From the NCBI GenBank assembly GCA_963797555.1, contig CAWCPV010000014.1, positions 32,001-96,000 on the forward strand: 64,000 bases of DNA. The letters are read 5' to 3'. The DNA is from an uncultured Gammaproteobacteria bacterium (lineage in GTDB: Bacteria; Pseudomonadota; Gammaproteobacteria; CAWCPV01). A program made the position numbers and the translations under genes. A model generated the notes under the pieces. The model made no database searches and was not told where the DNA came from. It was given only the letters and a program-made list of their open reading frames with translations. This document shows positions 1-10,135 of this stretch, piece by piece; the first letter of the stretch is position 1; each line of letters begins with the position of its first letter.

Positions 1-168
1 TGTGGCCCCTCCGGTCAGCCAGAGGGCGCCCACCGCCAACGCGCACACCAGCATCGCCGAGACGGCGAGGCGGGCGGCGGTAGCGGGCCGCAGGTAACCT
101 CCGAACACGGCCAGCAGGGCGGCTCCGGCCAGCGGGCTGCCGGGTATCAGCCACAGCCAGTGGTTCAT
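1..168 (-). CDS. nuoL: NADH-quinone oxidoreductase subunit L, N-terminus (runs off the window)
   Basis: ATG at 168 overlaps the nuoK stop; hydrophobic start MNHWLWLIPGSPLAGAALLAVFG resembles NuoL; expected position after nuoK. Confidence 0.8.
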   Translation of the reverse strand, partial: MNHWLWLIPGSPLAGAALLAVFGGYLRPATAARLAVSAMLVCALAVGALWLTGGAT

Positions 169-494
169 GTCGGTGCTTCCTCCGGCAACGGCAGCTCGTC
201 GCGCAGGCTGTGGATGTCTTCGAGCTGGGTCACCTTCAGCCGCCGGAACGCGAGGTAGACGAGCACCAGGGCCACCGCCAGCTCGGCCCCGGTGATGGTC
301 ATGAGAAAGAGCACCAGGATCTGACCAACGGCGTCTTGCCAGTACTGTCCGGCCGCCGCGGCAGTCAGGCCCGCCCCGTTGAACATCACCTCGATACCCA
401 TCAGCACGAACAACAGCTCGCGCCGCAGCAGGACCATCGAAAGCCCGATCAGAAACAGCAGCGCGCCGGTCATCAGGGTCGGGGCGTAGACCAT
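165..494 (-). CDS. nuoK: NADH-quinone oxidoreductase subunit K
   Basis: MVYAPTL...LMGIEVMFNGAGL...GQILVLFLMTITGAELAVAL has the conserved TM2/TM3 glutamates; synteny. Confidence 0.93.
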   Translation of the reverse strand: MVYAPTLMTGALLFLIGLSMVLLRRELLFVLMGIEVMFNGAGLTAAAAGQYWQDAVGQILVLFLMTITGAELAVALVLVYLAFRRLKVTQLEDIHSLRDELPLPEEAPT

Positions 495-994
495 CAGGAG
501 TCCTCCACTTTGCGGCTGAGGTACAGCACGGCCGTCAGCGCCCCGAGAAGCAGCAGCGCCGTCGCCTCCACCATCAGCAGGTAGTGTCCGAACAATTTCT
601 CGGCCACGATGTCGGGACCGATGGAGACGATTCCCGGGAGTGCGGTACGGCCCTGCGCGGCGAACAGGGTCACGCCCTCGGCGAAAAGCACCATGAGCAG
701 CAACAGCGGCCACCATAGGCGGCGGCGCATGCGGGGCACGTAGGCCTTCGGGACCGGCCTGTGGAGCATGGTCATCATGAACACCAGCAGTACCGCGATG
801 GCCCCGACGTATAGGCTGACCTGCAGGGCGGAGACGAAGGGCGCCCCCAGCAGGTAATAGAGCACCGCGATGGCCACCATCGACGTGACCAGATACAGCG
901 CTCCGTAAATGGCCTGGCGCGCGAACAGGGCCGCCAGCGCCGACACCAGCATGACCGACGAGGTCAGATAGAACATGACGTTCCAGAGCATCAT
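494..994 (-). CDS. nuoJ: NADH-quinone oxidoreductase subunit J
   Basis: GAPFVSALQVSLYVGAIAVLLVF and LFGHYLLMVEATALLLLGAL motifs. Confidence 0.93.
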   Translation of the reverse strand: MMLWNVMFYLTSSVMLVSALAALFARQAIYGALYLVTSMVAIAVLYYLLGAPFVSALQVSLYVGAIAVLLVFMMTMLHRPVPKAYVPRMRRRLWWPLLLLMVLFAEGVTLFAAQGRTALPGIVSIGPDIVAEKLFGHYLLMVEATALLLLGALTAVLYLSRKVEDS

Positions 995-1194
995 GGGATC
1001 GCCTTAAGGTTTTCTTGGATTCAGTGCGTTGTCCACTTGGTTCTCACGGTCCGCTTCAGCCGACCGCCGGTCCGAGCGAGACAGACCGATGAGCAGAGCC
1101 GAGGGTGAGCAACGCCGCAGACCGCAAGAAACCGCAGGCGTAGACGGGACGGCTGGAAGCACGAGTTCAGTGGGTATTGTCTTGTCTTGCAGTT

Positions 1195-1535
1195 CCCGTA
1201 GGAGTCGCCGAGCATCGCAGCGCGGGGCGGAGAAAGCCCGAAGGGGGTCGGCCAGGAGGGCCGGCATGCGACCGCCGGGGCAGGAAGCCCCGTCGGGCGC
1301 ACCCGCCCCGCGCGAGAAGCGCAGGGTGAGCCGGACAAGGCCAGGGTCCGGTGGACCCTGGCCCCGGCGAACGGGCGGCCCACGGAAGGGCCGCCCCGGC
1401 TTTCGAGCGCAGCAGGACGGCGCAGCGAAGAAAGCCCGCAGGGGCGACTCCTCCGGGCAGCCTTTCTTTTGGGTACTTTTCTTTGGCTGCACAAAGATAA
1501 AGTACCCCGCCCGCGGGGGCGGGACCCCGCACTCA
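1195..1535. repeat. Highly structured intergenic element between nuoI and nuoJ (MITE/REP-like)
   Basis: Imperfect inverted repeats CCCGTAGGAGTCGCC (1195) and GGCGACTCCTCCGGG (1443); nested hairpins GGCCAGGGTCC-GGT-GGACCCTGGCC and GGGTACTTTTCTTTG...CAAAGATAAAGTACCC; overlapping ORFs look spurious. Confidence 0.55.
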
Positions 1536-1587
1536 AGCAACCGTGGCGCAGCCACACCTTCGATCATGACAAGCAGACTACTCACCA

Positions 1588-2124
1588 CTAGGGCAGGTTG
1601 GAGTAGGGGTCTAGCGGCGGCGCCTCGTGCTCCGCTTGACCAATCGCTTTGCCCTTGATGGGCACCCCGGAGTGCCGGTAGAAGTTGTAGTACGGATGTT
1701 TGCCAGTGCCGTCGATCAGCAGGTCCTCTTTCTCGTACACCAGCTTTTCACGCCGGTAGACACACATCTCGAAGTCCGGCGTGAGCTGGATGGCGAGCGT
1801 CGGACAGGCTTCCTCGCACATCCCGCAGAATATGCAGCGCGCGAAGTCGATGCGAAACGTCGCGGGGTAGCGCCGCTCGTCCTCGGCGGCCTCTGTCCCC
1901 TGGATGGTGATGCAGTCCACCGGGCACACGGCGGAGCACAGGTAACACGCCACGCACCGCTCCTGGCCGTCCGGGTCGCGGGTGAGCACGATGCGGCCCT
2001 TGTAGCGTGGCGGAAGATTCGGCTTAACGTCCGGGTATTGCACGGTGGGACGCGTCGCCGCCACGTGCTTGATGGTCGCCGCTAGCGAGCCCGCCAATGC
2101 CCACACGGTCTTTGCCACGTTCAT
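1588..2124 (-). CDS. nuoI: NADH-quinone oxidoreductase subunit I
   Basis: Two 4Fe-4S motifs, [12 protein letters not shown] and [12 protein letters not shown]; start placed at MNVAKTV. Confidence 0.95.
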   Translation of the reverse strand: MNVAKTVWALAGSLAATIKHVAATRPTVQYPDVKPNLPPRYKGRIVLTRDPDGQERCVACYLCSAVCPVDCITIQGTEAAEDERRYPATFRIDFARCIFCGMCEEACPTLAIQLTPDFEMCVYRREKLVYEKEDLLIDGTGKHPYYNFYRHSGVPIKGKAIGQAEHEAPPLDPYSNLP

Positions 2125-2272
2125 CGGTTTGCCTGCCTCTCGGAAAGCCCGCGGCTCGACCGCGGGCAGCCGCCACTCGGGCACCGAATCTTTCCCCCGC
2201 GGATGCCGCCGCGCTCTCGGCAACATCGGCCCGCCCTCGAGTGCCGGTCTTTACCGGACAAAGGACGCCCGC

Positions 2273-3241
2273 TCACATCCACAGCATTCCCACCAGAGCC
2301 GTCACCATGATATTGACCAGCGCCAGGGGCAGCAGGAATTTCCAGCCGAAGGACATGAGCTGGTCATAGCGCAGCCTGGGGAGGCTGGTCCGCAGCCAGT
2401 AGAATATCAGCACCACCGCCCCGGTCTTCAGCATGAACCATGGCACCCCTGCCCAAGGCAGGAATGGCCCCCGCCAGCCGCCCAGGAACAAGGTGGTGGT
2501 GAGCGCGGCGATCAGCAGCACGCCCATGTATTCGCCGAGGAAAAACAGGGCGAAGCGCATCCCACCGTATTCCGTGTTGAAGCCGGCCGCCAGCTCGTTC
2601 TCGGCTTCCGGGAGGTCGAACGGCAGCCGATGGGTCTCCGCGACGCCGCAGACCAGGAATGTCAGGAAGCCTATCGGTTGCAGCAAGACGTAAGGGAGGT
2701 GCTGGGCCTCGACGATCCGGTCGAGCCTGAACGAGCCAGCCAGGATCACCACCCCCATCACCGACAGCGCCATCGACAGTTCGTAGCTGATGAGCTGGGC
2801 GATCGCCCGCACCGACCCTATGAGAGGGTACTTGCTGTTCGAGGACCAGCCGCCGAGGAACACCCCGTAAACGTTGATGGAGCCCATGGCGAGCACGAAC
2901 AGGACGGCCACATTCAGGTCCGCCGCCCAGTTGAGGCCGGGGCCGATGGGTACGACGACGAAGCTCACGAGCGCCGAGGTCGCCACCAGGACCGGTGCAA
3001 GGACGTAAAACCGGCGTTCCGCGAACGGTGGGATGAAGGTTTCTTTGCTCAGCAGCTTGAGGGCATCGGCAATAGCCTGCAACAGGCCGAAAGGGCCGAC
3101 CCGGTTGGGGCCGTAACGGTCCTGCAGAAGGCCCAGGATTCGCCGCTCGGCGAAGACCAGCACGGCGGCCATGCCGACGAGGGCGAACACGGTCATCCCG
3201 ATCCCGACGACGACGGCCATCCAGTACACCACGGGACTCAC
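2273..3241 (-). CDS. nuoH: NADH-quinone oxidoreductase subunit H
   Basis: ERRILGLLQDRYGPNRVGPFGLLQAIADALKLLSKE and RLPFDLPEAENEL motifs; GTG start overlaps the nuoG stop. Confidence 0.96.
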   Translation of the reverse strand: MSPVVYWMAVVVGIGMTVFALVGMAAVLVFAERRILGLLQDRYGPNRVGPFGLLQAIADALKLLSKETFIPPFAERRFYVLAPVLVATSALVSFVVVPIGPGLNWAADLNVAVLFVLAMGSINVYGVFLGGWSSNSKYPLIGSVRAIAQLISYELSMALSVMGVVILAGSFRLDRIVEAQHLPYVLLQPIGFLTFLVCGVAETHRLPFDLPEAENELAAGFNTEYGGMRFALFFLGEYMGVLLIAALTTTLFLGGWRGPFLPWAGVPWFMLKTGAVVLIFYWLRTSLPRLRYDQLMSFGWKFLLPLALVNIMVTALVGMLWM

Positions 3242-5529
3242 GTGACCCGCTCCCATTCAACGTCCTCGCCCTGAGCCGTGCCCAGCACGGCCATCGCCGC
3301 CCGCGCCAGGCCCAGGGTGTCGTGCGCACACTGCGGATCGGCGACGAGCGGAAGGTTGATCTCTCCCATCGGTCCCCGAAGCCTCAGCGCCTCGCCGGCC
3401 ACCAGTCCGCTTTCTCTCGCCTGTTCGGGGGCCATGCGCACACTCGGCGGGGGGGCGAGCTCTTTCAGCTCCGCGGCGAATGCCGCCAGGGGGCCTTCGC
3501 CGTACCAGGTGGTCAACCCCGCCTGCCAGCGGCCGCCGGTGTGCTGGAGGGGCTTGACCTCGGACTCGGCGCTAGCCTGCAGGTGGGTGTATGCCGCAAG
3601 CTCCACCTGGATGCCGGTGCGCCCCGGTTGGGGCGGGCGGTTGAAGTATTTGTAGGCCAGGATCTCGGCGTTGCGGCGTACCCGGCCGAGCCCCATGATA
3701 CGCCCCAGCTCGCAGAGTGCAGTGTAGGCGTCGGGCAACGGGCGCTCCCGGGTGAACACCCGGGCGAAGCCTTGTGCCAGGCCGGCATAGTTGACGAAGG
3801 TGCCCGCGCGTTCGGCCCAGGCGGCCAGCGGTATGAATGCGTCGGCCTGTTGGGCCGTCGCGGTAGGCAGGCAATCCAGCACCAGCAGGAATCGGAGCCG
3901 GTTGCGCAGCGCCCGCCAGCGCCCGGAACCCAATTCGGACCCGAAGGGGTCCGAGCCCACCACGATCAAACGGTCGACCTGGCCGGTTTCCACCGAACGC
4001 AGCACCCGCTCGCTGTCTCCGGGGCGGGACAGCAACGCGGTCCCGAACGCGTTGGCGCCCGGTAGCGCGAATGCCAGCTTGGCCTCCGAAGACTTGGCCA
4101 TAGTCCTGAGGGTGCGGCAGCCAGGAGCACCCAGCGTCTCGGCGACTCCCACGACCACCGGGCGTTTTGCCTGGGCGAGGGTGTCGCAGATGGGCTTCAA
4201 TCCGGCGTCGGTCGGCGCCTGCGGGTCGTCGGCTCGTCTACACAGGGCGGCCAGCGCTTCCGGCAGCTCGCGCGGCGACAGCCGCAGCGTGTGCTGGGCG
4301 TGGGTGGCCAGCGGCGCCGGCACGCTGTGGACCACCATGACCGGGCAGCCGGCGCGCACGACCTGTCGCACCGCCAGGTCCATCATCGGGGCGTGTCCTG
4401 TGAGATCGCCCACCACCAGCACCGCGTCCGCGCGGGCGATATCTTCCAAGGTGGGGGCGTTGCCGCTGGCAGCGGCTGCCTCGGCGATGGACGCTTCCAG
4501 CAGGGGGCTGGCATGGGCACTGTACCACCCCCCCAAAGCGGCCATGAGGGAGCGCAGCGCCGCATTGCCTTCCATGTCCTCGCGTACGGAACCGAGGCCC
4601 GCGATGGCACCTTCGGCGTCGCTGAGACGTTCGGCGACCGCTTCCAGCACTTCCGCCACGTCCCCTCCGCGCGCGTCAATCCGGGCCGTCATCGGACGGT
4701 TGGGATGTTCGGTGTAGCGGTGGCCGTATCGTCCGCGGTCGCAGATGAACCAGTGGTTGACGCGCCGGTTGGGGCGGTGGGTAACCCGCCGCAGGGTTCC
4801 TGCGCGTGCCCCCGGAAGGGTGTTACAGCCGACGCTGCAATGGGGGCACACCGAGGGGGCGGTCTGCAGGTCCCAGACCCGGCTGAAGTGGCGGCGGAAC
4901 ACCTTGTCCGTGAACACCCCGGTGGGACAAACCTCCACCAGGTTGCCGGCGAAGGGACTCTCCAGAGGCCCCTCGTTCGCGCGCCCGAAGTACACCCGGT
5001 TGCGCGAGCCGAAGGCCCCCAGGTCGGCGCCCAGGGCATAATCCTGGTAAAAACGCACGCAGCGGTAGCAGGTGATGCAACGGTCCATGTCGTGCCATAT
5101 CAGCGGACCGAGGAACTGGTTGCGGAAGGTGCGCTTGGCGCCTTCGTAGCGCCGGTAAGGAGGGCCCACCGCCACGGTCATGTTCTGGAGGTGGCACTCG
5201 CCACCCTCATCACACACCGGGCAGTCATGGGGGTGATTGGTCATCACGAACTCGATCACCGCCTGGCGCGCGTCCAGGGCCTTGGGAGCCTCGAGCGCCA
5301 CGTGCATGCCTTCCCGGGCCTGCAGCATGCAGGCGGCCATGACGCGCGGCCGGTCGCCCTCGCGCGCCGGCTTCAGCTCCACCATGCACAGCCGGCAGGC
5401 ACCCACGCTGCCCAGTGCCGGGTGGTAGCAGAAATGCGGAATCTCGATGCCTGCCTCATGGGCCGCTTTGAGCACATTGTCGCCGTCGGTGAACGAGATC
5501 GGCCGATCGTCCACATAGAAGGTGCCCAT
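3238..5529 (-). CDS. nuoG: NADH-quinone oxidoreductase subunit G
   Basis: IPHFCYHP..GACRLC, HPHDCPVCDEGGECHLQ, RCITCYRC and N7-type CPHCSVGC motifs. Confidence 0.96.
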   Translation of the reverse strand: MGTFYVDDRPISFTDGDNVLKAAHEAGIEIPHFCYHPALGSVGACRLCMVELKPAREGDRPRVMAACMLQAREGMHVALEAPKALDARQAVIEFVMTNHPHDCPVCDEGGECHLQNMTVAVGPPYRRYEGAKRTFRNQFLGPLIWHDMDRCITCYRCVRFYQDYALGADLGAFGSRNRVYFGRANEGPLESPFAGNLVEVCPTGVFTDKVFRRHFSRVWDLQTAPSVCPHCSVGCNTLPGARAGTLRRVTHRPNRRVNHWFICDRGRYGHRYTEHPNRPMTARIDARGGDVAEVLEAVAERLSDAEGAIAGLGSVREDMEGNAALRSLMAALGGWYSAHASPLLEASIAEAAAASGNAPTLEDIARADAVLVVGDLTGHAPMMDLAVRQVVRAGCPVMVVHSVPAPLATHAQHTLRLSPRELPEALAALCRRADDPQAPTDAGLKPICDTLAQAKRPVVVGVAETLGAPGCRTLRTMAKSSEAKLAFALPGANAFGTALLSRPGDSERVLRSVETGQVDRLIVVGSDPFGSELGSGRWRALRNRLRFLLVLDCLPTATAQQADAFIPLAAWAERAGTFVNYAGLAQGFARVFTRERPLPDAYTALCELGRIMGLGRVRRNAEILAYKYFNRPPQPGRTGIQVELAAYTHLQASAESEVKPLQHTGGRWQAGLTTWYGEGPLAAFAAELKELAPPPSVRMAPEQARESGLVAGEALRLRGPMGEINLPLVADPQCAHDTLGLARAAMAVLGTAQGEDVEWERVT

Positions 5530-6801
5530 TCAGTGGCCCCCCCCGCGGTAGGGGCATGCGCCTCGGCGGATGTGGTCCTGAATCACGTCCCGGAACGCAT
5601 TGAGCCCGGACTCCATCGGCATGATGGCCCCAGGGGCGAACGGACAGAACGAGTTCGGGGCGATCTTGGCGCACAGATCGAGCAGCAGATCCAGGTCACC
5701 CGGCTTGCCTCGGCCGGCCTCGATGCGCTCCAGCAGACTGTGCGTGTAAGGCAGACCGTCGCGGCAAGGGGTGCAGAATCCGCAGGACTCGCGCACGAAG
5801 AACTTGTTGATCCCGATCATGAAGTCGAGCGGGCAGGTGCCGTCCTCCAGCACGATGATGCCGCAGGTGCCGAAGCGCGAGCCGACCTTGGCCACTGCAT
5901 CGAAGTCCATCGGGGTGTCCAGGTGCTCCGGGAACAGAAAGGAGGTGGAGGCGCCACCGGGCAGGAATGCCACCAGCTTGCGTCCGTCCAGCGGACCGCC
6001 GGCATGGTCGAAAATCAGCTCCCGCGCCGTCGTGCCCATGGGCAGCTCCCAGAAGCCGGGCTGCTTCACCTGCCCACAGACGCTGTACAGCTTGGTGCCA
6101 TGGCCGCCGTTGATACCCTGACCGTTGAACCAGTCCGGCCCGCGCGAGACGATGTGCGGCACGTGGCACAGGGTCTCGATGTTGTGCACCAGGGTGGGCG
6201 CTCCCCACAGGCCTTTCTCGAACGGCATCGGCGGCTTGGCGCGGGGGTTGCCCCGGCGGCCTTCCAGGGCGTTGATCAGGGCCGTCTCCTCCCCGCAGAT
6301 GTAGCGGCCGGCGGAAAGATGTACCTCGATATCCAGGTCGAAGCCCGAGCCCAGGATGTTGCGGCCCACGAGTCCTCCTTCCCGTGCCTGCGCAATGGCC
6401 TCTTCCAGGCGCCTGGCGCCCGCGGCGTACTCTCCGCGCACGAACACGTAGGCGTGGTCGGCCTGCTCGATGAAACCCGTCACCAGAACCGCCTCGATCA
6501 CCTGGTGGGGGTCGCGGTACAGGAGCTGGCGATCCTTGAACGAGCCGGGCTCCGTCTCGTCCACGTTCATCACCAGGTAGCGTGGATGAGGGGCATCCGG
6601 GCCGCGCGCCTTCCACTTGAGCGCGATGGGAAAGCCCGCCCCACCGTAGCCGCGCAGCTTGGTCTTCTCCACCATCTCGATCATGTCTTCGGGGCGCTGG
6701 CCCAGCGCCGCCTGAAGGCCCTGATAACCTCCGTTGGCACGGTATTGGGAGAGGTCCGGAGGGTCCGCCAGGTGGAAGTTACGGCTCAGCACCCGTTCCA
6801 C
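5530..6801 (-). CDS. nuoF: NADH-quinone oxidoreductase subunit F
   Basis: LRGYGGAGFP, DETEPGSFKDR, AGRYICGEETAL, ESCGFCTPCRDG; GTG start just after the nuoE stop. Confidence 0.95.
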   Translation of the reverse strand: MERVLSRNFHLADPPDLSQYRANGGYQGLQAALGQRPEDMIEMVEKTKLRGYGGAGFPIALKWKARGPDAPHPRYLVMNVDETEPGSFKDRQLLYRDPHQVIEAVLVTGFIEQADHAYVFVRGEYAAGARRLEEAIAQAREGGLVGRNILGSGFDLDIEVHLSAGRYICGEETALINALEGRRGNPRAKPPMPFEKGLWGAPTLVHNIETLCHVPHIVSRGPDWFNGQGINGGHGTKLYSVCGQVKQPGFWELPMGTTARELIFDHAGGPLDGRKLVAFLPGGASTSFLFPEHLDTPMDFDAVAKVGSRFGTCGIIVLEDGTCPLDFMIGINKFFVRESCGFCTPCRDGLPYTHSLLERIEAGRGKPGDLDLLLDLCAKIAPNSFCPFAPGAIMPMESGLNAFRDVIQDHIRRGACPYRGGGH

Positions 6802-6803
6802 GA

Positions 6804-7283
6804 TCAGCCCTCCGCGCCCGCCTTGAGTTCTGCGATCAGCCGACCCAAGGCGGCCTTGTCCAGGGGGCCGGTCTCGTGCTGGCCCACCAGGGCCGCCGGC
6901 GCACGCTCGCACAAACCCAGGCAGACGTGGGGCATGACCGTGACGGCGCCGTCGTCGCTGACCGAGCCGAGGGGTACCCCGGTCAGGCGTTCGGCCTCGG
7001 ACAGCAAGGTGGGTGCGCCCGCCAGATGGCAGGCGATGCTGTCGCAAATCCGGACAATGGTCTTGCCCGTAGGCCGGCGCAGCAGCAGAGAGTAAAAGGT
7101 CACCAGCTCGTCCAACTGAGTCACGGACAGGTCGCACAGGCGGCTGGCCTCCTCCAGGGCTTGGTCGTGGAGGTATCCGTACTTTTCCTGCAGGAACTGC
7201 AAGACATAGATGGCTCCCGCACGCTTTTGCGGATAGCGCCCGACGTGGTCCTGCAGATGCCTGCGTTCGCCTTCGGTCAACAT
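6804..7283 (-). CDS. nuoE: NADH-quinone oxidoreductase subunit E
   Basis: 2Fe-2S ligands CDSIAC...CLGLC. Confidence 0.95.
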   Translation of the reverse strand: MLTEGERRHLQDHVGRYPQKRAGAIYVLQFLQEKYGYLHDQALEEASRLCDLSVTQLDELVTFYSLLLRRPTGKTIVRICDSIACHLAGAPTLLSEAERLTGVPLGSVSDDGAVTVMPHVCLGLCERAPAALVGQHETGPLDKAALGRLIAELKAGAEG

Positions 7284-7348
7284 GTCGTCTTGGTGTTTCG
7301 GGGCGGGCTCCAGGGTCCCACGGAATCAGGCGGGCATCGCTTGCGCAG

Positions 7349-9043
7349 TCATCTGTCCAGGTCGGCGAGCACGTAGTCCATAGAGCCGATCGTGGCGATC
7401 AGGTCCGACAGCAATCCGCCTTCGGCGAGCCAGGAGAATGCCTGCACGTGGGGGAAGGACGGAGTGCGAATACGCACCCGGTAGGGATGATGGGAGCCGT
7501 CCGAGATGACGTAATAACCCATCATGCCCTTGGGGGCCTCGGTGCGGTAGAAGCTCTCGCCTGGCGGGAAGTCCATGCCCCGCCCGGTGCCTATGAAGTG
7601 GTGAATGAGGGTCTCGATATCCTCGAGAGTGCGCTCCTTGCGTGCGAATGCGTAACGCGCCTGCTCGGAGAGCACGGGGCCGCCCGGCATGCGCGCGGCG
7701 GCCTGACGGATGATGCGCAAGGTCTGGCGGATCTCCTCGATGCGCAGCCGCGTGCGGGCCAACGCGTCGCCCTCCGTGGCGGTGGGGACCTCGAAGTCAT
7801 AGTCCTCGTAGCCGCAGTAAGGACGGGTCTTGCGCAGGTCCCAGGCGTAGCCGGTGCAGCGCAGGTTGGGGCCGGAGAAACCCCACTCGATGGCTTTCTC
7901 ACGGGTGTACTGGGCGTTGCCGCGGGTGCGGGCCTGAAAGATGGGGTTGTTGACCGTCAGCGCTTCGAATTCCGGCAGCGCCTTCTCCAGACTGTCCGCC
8001 ATCTTGTCCAGCGCCTCGCGCCAGCCCTCGGGCAGATCCAGGGATACGCCGCCGATGCGGAAGAACGAGGGGTGCATGCGTCCGCCGGTGATGAGCTGGA
8101 CCACGTCGAACAGCAGCTCGCGCTCCCGGAAGCAGTAGAAGGCCGGGGCCATCACCCCCAGGTCGTGGCCGTAGCTGCCCAGCCACACCAAGTGGGCGCT
8201 GATGCGGAACATCTCCGACAGCAGGACCCGCATCACCACCGCCCGCTCCGGTACCTCGATGCCGGCCAGGCGTTCTACCGCCATCACGTAAGGCAGCTCG
8301 TTGGCTACCCCGGCGAGGTAGTCGATGCGGTCGCAATAGGGGATGTAGTTGTGAAAGGTGTGCCGCTCGGCAATCTTCTCCGCGCCCCGGTGGTGGAAGC
8401 CGATGTCCGGTTCCAGCCCGACCACCGTCTCCCCCTGCAGGCGGGCGATCAGGCGCAGGATACCGTGGGTGCCGGGGTGGTTCGGCCCGATGTTCAGGAT
8501 GAGCTCGTCCTCGCGTTCCCCAGGCAGACGGGTATCCTCGACGCGGTAGGTCTCCATCAGTTGACGGTAACGTTCCGGCGGCAGGCGGTAAGGCGGATGC
8601 TCTGTGGCCCGGCCGGGATAGGACTTGCGCAGCGGATGGCCCTCCCAATAGACCGGCAGCAGAATCCGCCGAAGATTGGGGTGCCCGTCGAACTTCAGTC
8701 CGAAAAGATCCCACACCTCGCGCTCGTACCAATTGGCGCTCGGCCACAGCGGGGTAATGCTGGGCAGAGCGGTCGCATCGTCGTCGAGGTGGACCTTGAG
8801 CCGCAGGTCGCAATTTCCCGACAGCGAGGTGAGGTGATAGAACACCGTGCACCCTCCGCCGCGCCCGGACTCGTCGATGGCGGAGAGGTCATAGAGCATC
8901 TCGTAACGGGGCTGGGCGTGGTTCTTGAGGTGGGTCAGGACCGCGAGCAGATCATGGGGCGCAACGTGCCGCACCGGGACATCGGCCGGCCAGGACTGTT
9001 GCGGCGCCTGCGCGAGGGCGTCGATGGCGGCGGCCTCGTTCAT
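7349..9043 (-). CDS. nuoC: NADH-quinone oxidoreductase fused subunit C/D
   Basis: NuoC motif [13 protein letters not shown]...GHPLRK fused to NuoD motifs [16 protein letters not shown] and C-terminal DYVLADLDR. Confidence 0.95.
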   Translation of the reverse strand: MNEAAAIDALAQAPQQSWPADVPVRHVAPHDLLAVLTHLKNHAQPRYEMLYDLSAIDESGRGGGCTVFYHLTSLSGNCDLRLKVHLDDDATALPSITPLWPSANWYEREVWDLFGLKFDGHPNLRRILLPVYWEGHPLRKSYPGRATEHPPYRLPPERYRQLMETYRVEDTRLPGEREDELILNIGPNHPGTHGILRLIARLQGETVVGLEPDIGFHHRGAEKIAERHTFHNYIPYCDRIDYLAGVANELPYVMAVERLAGIEVPERAVVMRVLLSEMFRISAHLVWLGSYGHDLGVMAPAFYCFRERELLFDVVQLITGGRMHPSFFRIGGVSLDLPEGWREALDKMADSLEKALPEFEALTVNNPIFQARTRGNAQYTREKAIEWGFSGPNLRCTGYAWDLRKTRPYCGYEDYDFEVPTATEGDALARTRLRIEEIRQTLRIIRQAAARMPGGPVLSEQARYAFARKERTLEDIETLIHHFIGTGRGMDFPPGESFYRTEAPKGMMGYYVISDGSHHPYRVRIRTPSFPHVQAFSWLAEGGLLSDLIATIGSMDYVLADLDR

Positions 9044-9591
9044 TGCGGCGGCAGCCAGATGCCCAAGGGCTTGCGCTCGCTCGCGCGCAGCGGAATCGGG
9101 TTCTCTGCGATCTTCTGCTGCAAGAGCAGGATTCCCTGCATGAGCGCTTCCGGGCGCGGCGGGCAGCCGGGCACGTATACGTCCACCGGCAGGATCTGGT
9201 CCACACCCTGGACCACGCTGTAGACGTCGTACATGCCGCCGGAGTTGGAGCAAGAGCCCATGGAGATCACCCACTTGGGCTCCAGCATCTGACTGTAAAG
9301 GCGCACGATCATGGGCGCCATCTTCGCGAAGATAGTGCCCGCAGTGACCATCAGGTCGCTCTGACGCGGCGAGCCGCGCAACACCTCGGCCCCGAAGCGG
9401 GCGATATCGAAGCGCGGAGTCAGGGCGGTGACCATCTCCACGAAGCAGCAGGAGGTGCCGAAATTGTAGGGCCAGAGCGAAGACTTGCGGCCCCAGGCCA
9501 GGAGGTCCTCCAGCTTGGCGAACAGGGCGTTGAGCGGCCCGCCGGCCGCCGGCGGCTCGGCTTGGTAGTTCAGGGGATGCTCCACGCTCAC
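9040..9591 (-). CDS. nuoB: NADH-quinone oxidoreductase subunit B
   Basis: [32 protein letters not shown]; GTG start overlaps the nuoA stop. Confidence 0.96.
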   Translation of the reverse strand: MSVEHPLNYQAEPPAAGGPLNALFAKLEDLLAWGRKSSLWPYNFGTSCCFVEMVTALTPRFDIARFGAEVLRGSPRQSDLMVTAGTIFAKMAPMIVRLYSQMLEPKWVISMGSCSNSGGMYDVYSVVQGVDQILPVDVYVPGCPPRPEALMQGILLLQQKIAENPIPLRASERKPLGIWLPPQ

Positions 9592-9944
9592 GACAGCCCC
9601 CCCTTGCGCCACTCGTACACCAGCCCCAGCAGCAGGATCAGGATGAACGCCAGTGCCCCCACGGTAGCGGGTATGCCCAGTCTCCAGTAGTCGACCGCCC
9701 AGGCGAACAGAAAGGCCGCTTCCAGCTCGAAGATCAGAAAGGAAACCGCCACCAGGTAGTAACGCATGGGGAAGGGCACCCGGGCGTCTCCCGTGGGCGG
9801 GATGCCGCACTCGAAGGGCGTGTCCCTCTCGGGGTCCGATCGGTGGCCGCCGAGCAGCCAGTTCAGCACCAGCATGAAAACCACCACCCCAAGGGCGATG
9901 AGGGCGTAGAGCCAGATGATGATGCCGGTTGTCAGGTCGGACAT
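9588..9944 (-). CDS. nuoA: NADH-quinone oxidoreductase subunit A
   Basis: [31 protein letters not shown]. Confidence 0.96.
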   Translation of the reverse strand: MSDLTTGIIIWLYALIALGVVVFMLVLNWLLGGHRSDPERDTPFECGIPPTGDARVPFPMRYYLVAVSFLIFELEAAFLFAWAVDYWRLGIPATVGALAFILILLLGLVYEWRKGGLS

Positions 9945-10097
9945 GAGGTCCCTTCAAGCAGCCACGCGCCGCACTTGCGGCCACGCAGCCCGATCCGGGG
10001 CGCGCGAGCCCGCCCTGCGGCGCCAGGAAATCCGGCCTGTGGACTCACAGAAATGCCGCCATGGTAACGTGAAAATGCGCCGAAGGCGCCTCAAAGT

Positions 10098-10135
10098 CCC
10101 CTCGCCCGCTGGCGGGAGAGGGCTTGGGGTGAGGG
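10098..10135 (+). repeat. REP-like palindrome of the CCCCTCNCCC..GGGAGAGGG..GGGGTGAGGG type
   Basis: CCCCTCGCCCGCTGGCGGGAGAGGGCTTGGGGTGAGGG; a degenerate opposite-strand relative lies near 10325-10360. Confidence 0.5.

Noticed and set aside
1004-1658. Several overlapping ORFs in the nuoI-nuoJ gap
   Set aside because: Arg/Pro/Gly-rich translations of a palindromic element on both strands, with no Nuo similarity
4291-7095. 934-aa plus-strand ORF and similar long antisense ORFs (7448-9223, 27338-29044, 52879-54612, 56224-58314)
   Set aside because: Shadow frames opposite well-supported genes in GC-rich DNA, with no recognisable motifs
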